From positions 51,770,001 to 51,834,000 of the forward strand of contig OZ076418.1 in NCBI GenBank assembly GCA_964187785.1: a stretch of DNA of 64,000 nt. The letters run 5' to 3'. The position numbers and the translations under genes are program-made. Of this stretch, positions 63,001 to 64,000 are shown piece by piece. The stretch comes from Amphiscolops sp. MND2022 (Eukaryota). Position 1 is the first letter of the stretch; the number at the start of each line of letters is the position of its first letter. The notes under the pieces were generated by a model. It worked only from the letters and a program-made list of their open reading frames with translations, was not told the DNA's origin and did no database searches.

Positions 63001-64000
63001 ACAATTTCAATCCTGCTTCTCTGATACATTGGAACGTTGCTCTTAAGTTGACGATAAGCTGGTTAGCGTCTGTCGCCGCGACGCCGATATCGTCCACATA
63101 TTGAGCACATTGGTCTGCTTTTATAACACGGTCCAAATATTCCCTTATAAAACTGGAGAAGGCCGACAGGGCTCTACTGAGTCCTTGGGCTAATCTTCTA
63201 TATGCAAATGTTCTGCTGGCGAAGTTAAAGGCCAGCATTTCAATCGATTTCTGGTCCGCCATGGGTAGGCAGTGGTAAGCCTGGGAACAGTCGAGTTTGC
63301 AAAAGAGCTTTTTGCCTGCCATATGTTGTGCCGCATCCGTTAGGGTACTGACTGGGTGATTGTTGTTGATATAATCGTCTGAGATGAGATTATTTATTTT
63401 CCTCAAATCAACCAACAGTCTCAATTTCCCATTGGGTTTTTTCTGCGCGAAGATGGGACTGGCATACTTTGAGAATGGTAATGTCGTTATAATACCATAT
63501 TTATGAAGTAACGCCAGTTCGACCAATATGTCCTCTTTGAGGTTGACTGGGGTAGGTAGGCTCTGACTGTAGGCAGGTGAGTCGTCTTTTGGGGTCAGTT
63601 TGACCGTAAATTCCTCATTGACGCCTATGTCAAATCTATGGCGTGCAAAGATGTCATGGAATTCCACTAATAGAGTCTCTATTTGTCTGATTTCATGTTG
63701 TTGTAACATTGAGTCTTTCCAATCAAAGTTGCTGAGGAATTTTCGACGAGATTCCGCATCGTCGTGCGGGTTGAGTTGTTCTAAACTTTGTAGATTTCGT
63801 AATTCTTTGAGAATTCTTTGTTGTATTGGGGTATGAGTCGTTTCGTCCCCTGGGTTTTCAGGCGTGGGGAACCAATATTGTTCGTATTGGTCATTATTTC
63901 TGTTAGCTTTAAGAAGGCTACTTATATAATAAATAGCGTCATCTTCATTTTCATTCAGTAAGTGCCAGGTGGACACTGGGTCTATTGGCCTGACGTGTTT
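60011..64000 (-). CDS. pol: pol of element B (RT-RNase H-integrase); one in-frame TAA at 62114-62116
   Basis: RT YVDD, RNase H MTDAS...KEFLA...TDNK, integrase HHCC with QIDLL, TDKG, KLER and GPF. The frame is continuous across a single stop. Confidence 0.93.

Larger units (their letters stand above)
52384..64000 (-). mobile_element. Second large Gypsy element (element B), 3' 11.6 kb; continues beyond the window
   Basis: Same architecture as element A: 3' LTR, PPT, ORF3, antisense gene, then IN-RH-RT. The flank GGTAG (52379-52383) is the predicted TSD. Confidence 0.93.

Noticed and set aside
60197-63836. Short + strand ORFs opposite pol (similarly in 17781-21861 and 31268-36144)
   Set aside because: These are shadow ORFs on the antisense strand of long coding regions, without motifs or conserved starts.

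Overview
Eukaryotic (invertebrate animal) DNA, AT-rich with short GT-AG introns and dominated by transposons; no prokaryotic features. Host genes are on the + strand: a 5-exon proteolipid protein (PLP/DM20/M6)-like gene at about 1375-7055, a probable tail-anchored membrane protein at 48657-50450, and a weak two-exon candidate at 44387-45715. The main content is a family of unusually large Ty3/Gypsy LTR retrotransposons. Element A is complete (9980-25002, minus strand, TSD GTGAT). Element B runs from 52384 beyond the window end. There is also a TSD-flanked solo LTR (38942-40579), an interrupted solo-LTR remnant and a + strand fragment. Between pol and the 3' LTR both A and B carry two extra genes. 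The first is an intron-containing ANTISENSE gene; in B it splices by hand to an intact 1177-aa ORF with a BED-like zinc finger and hAT-transposase-like architecture but apparently no catalytic DDE. The second is a sense ORF with a SUMO-interaction-like motif and CxxCxxC that runs through the PPT into U3. The first ~180 codons of gag lie inside the LTR. Also present: a Mag-clade Gypsy element with an in-frame RT deletion (30853-36333, TSD GGTAC), two LINE remnants, Helentron-like non-autonomous repeats, MITEs, tRNA-derived fragments and minisatellites. All alignments, splicing and homology calls were made by eye; no database searches were run.
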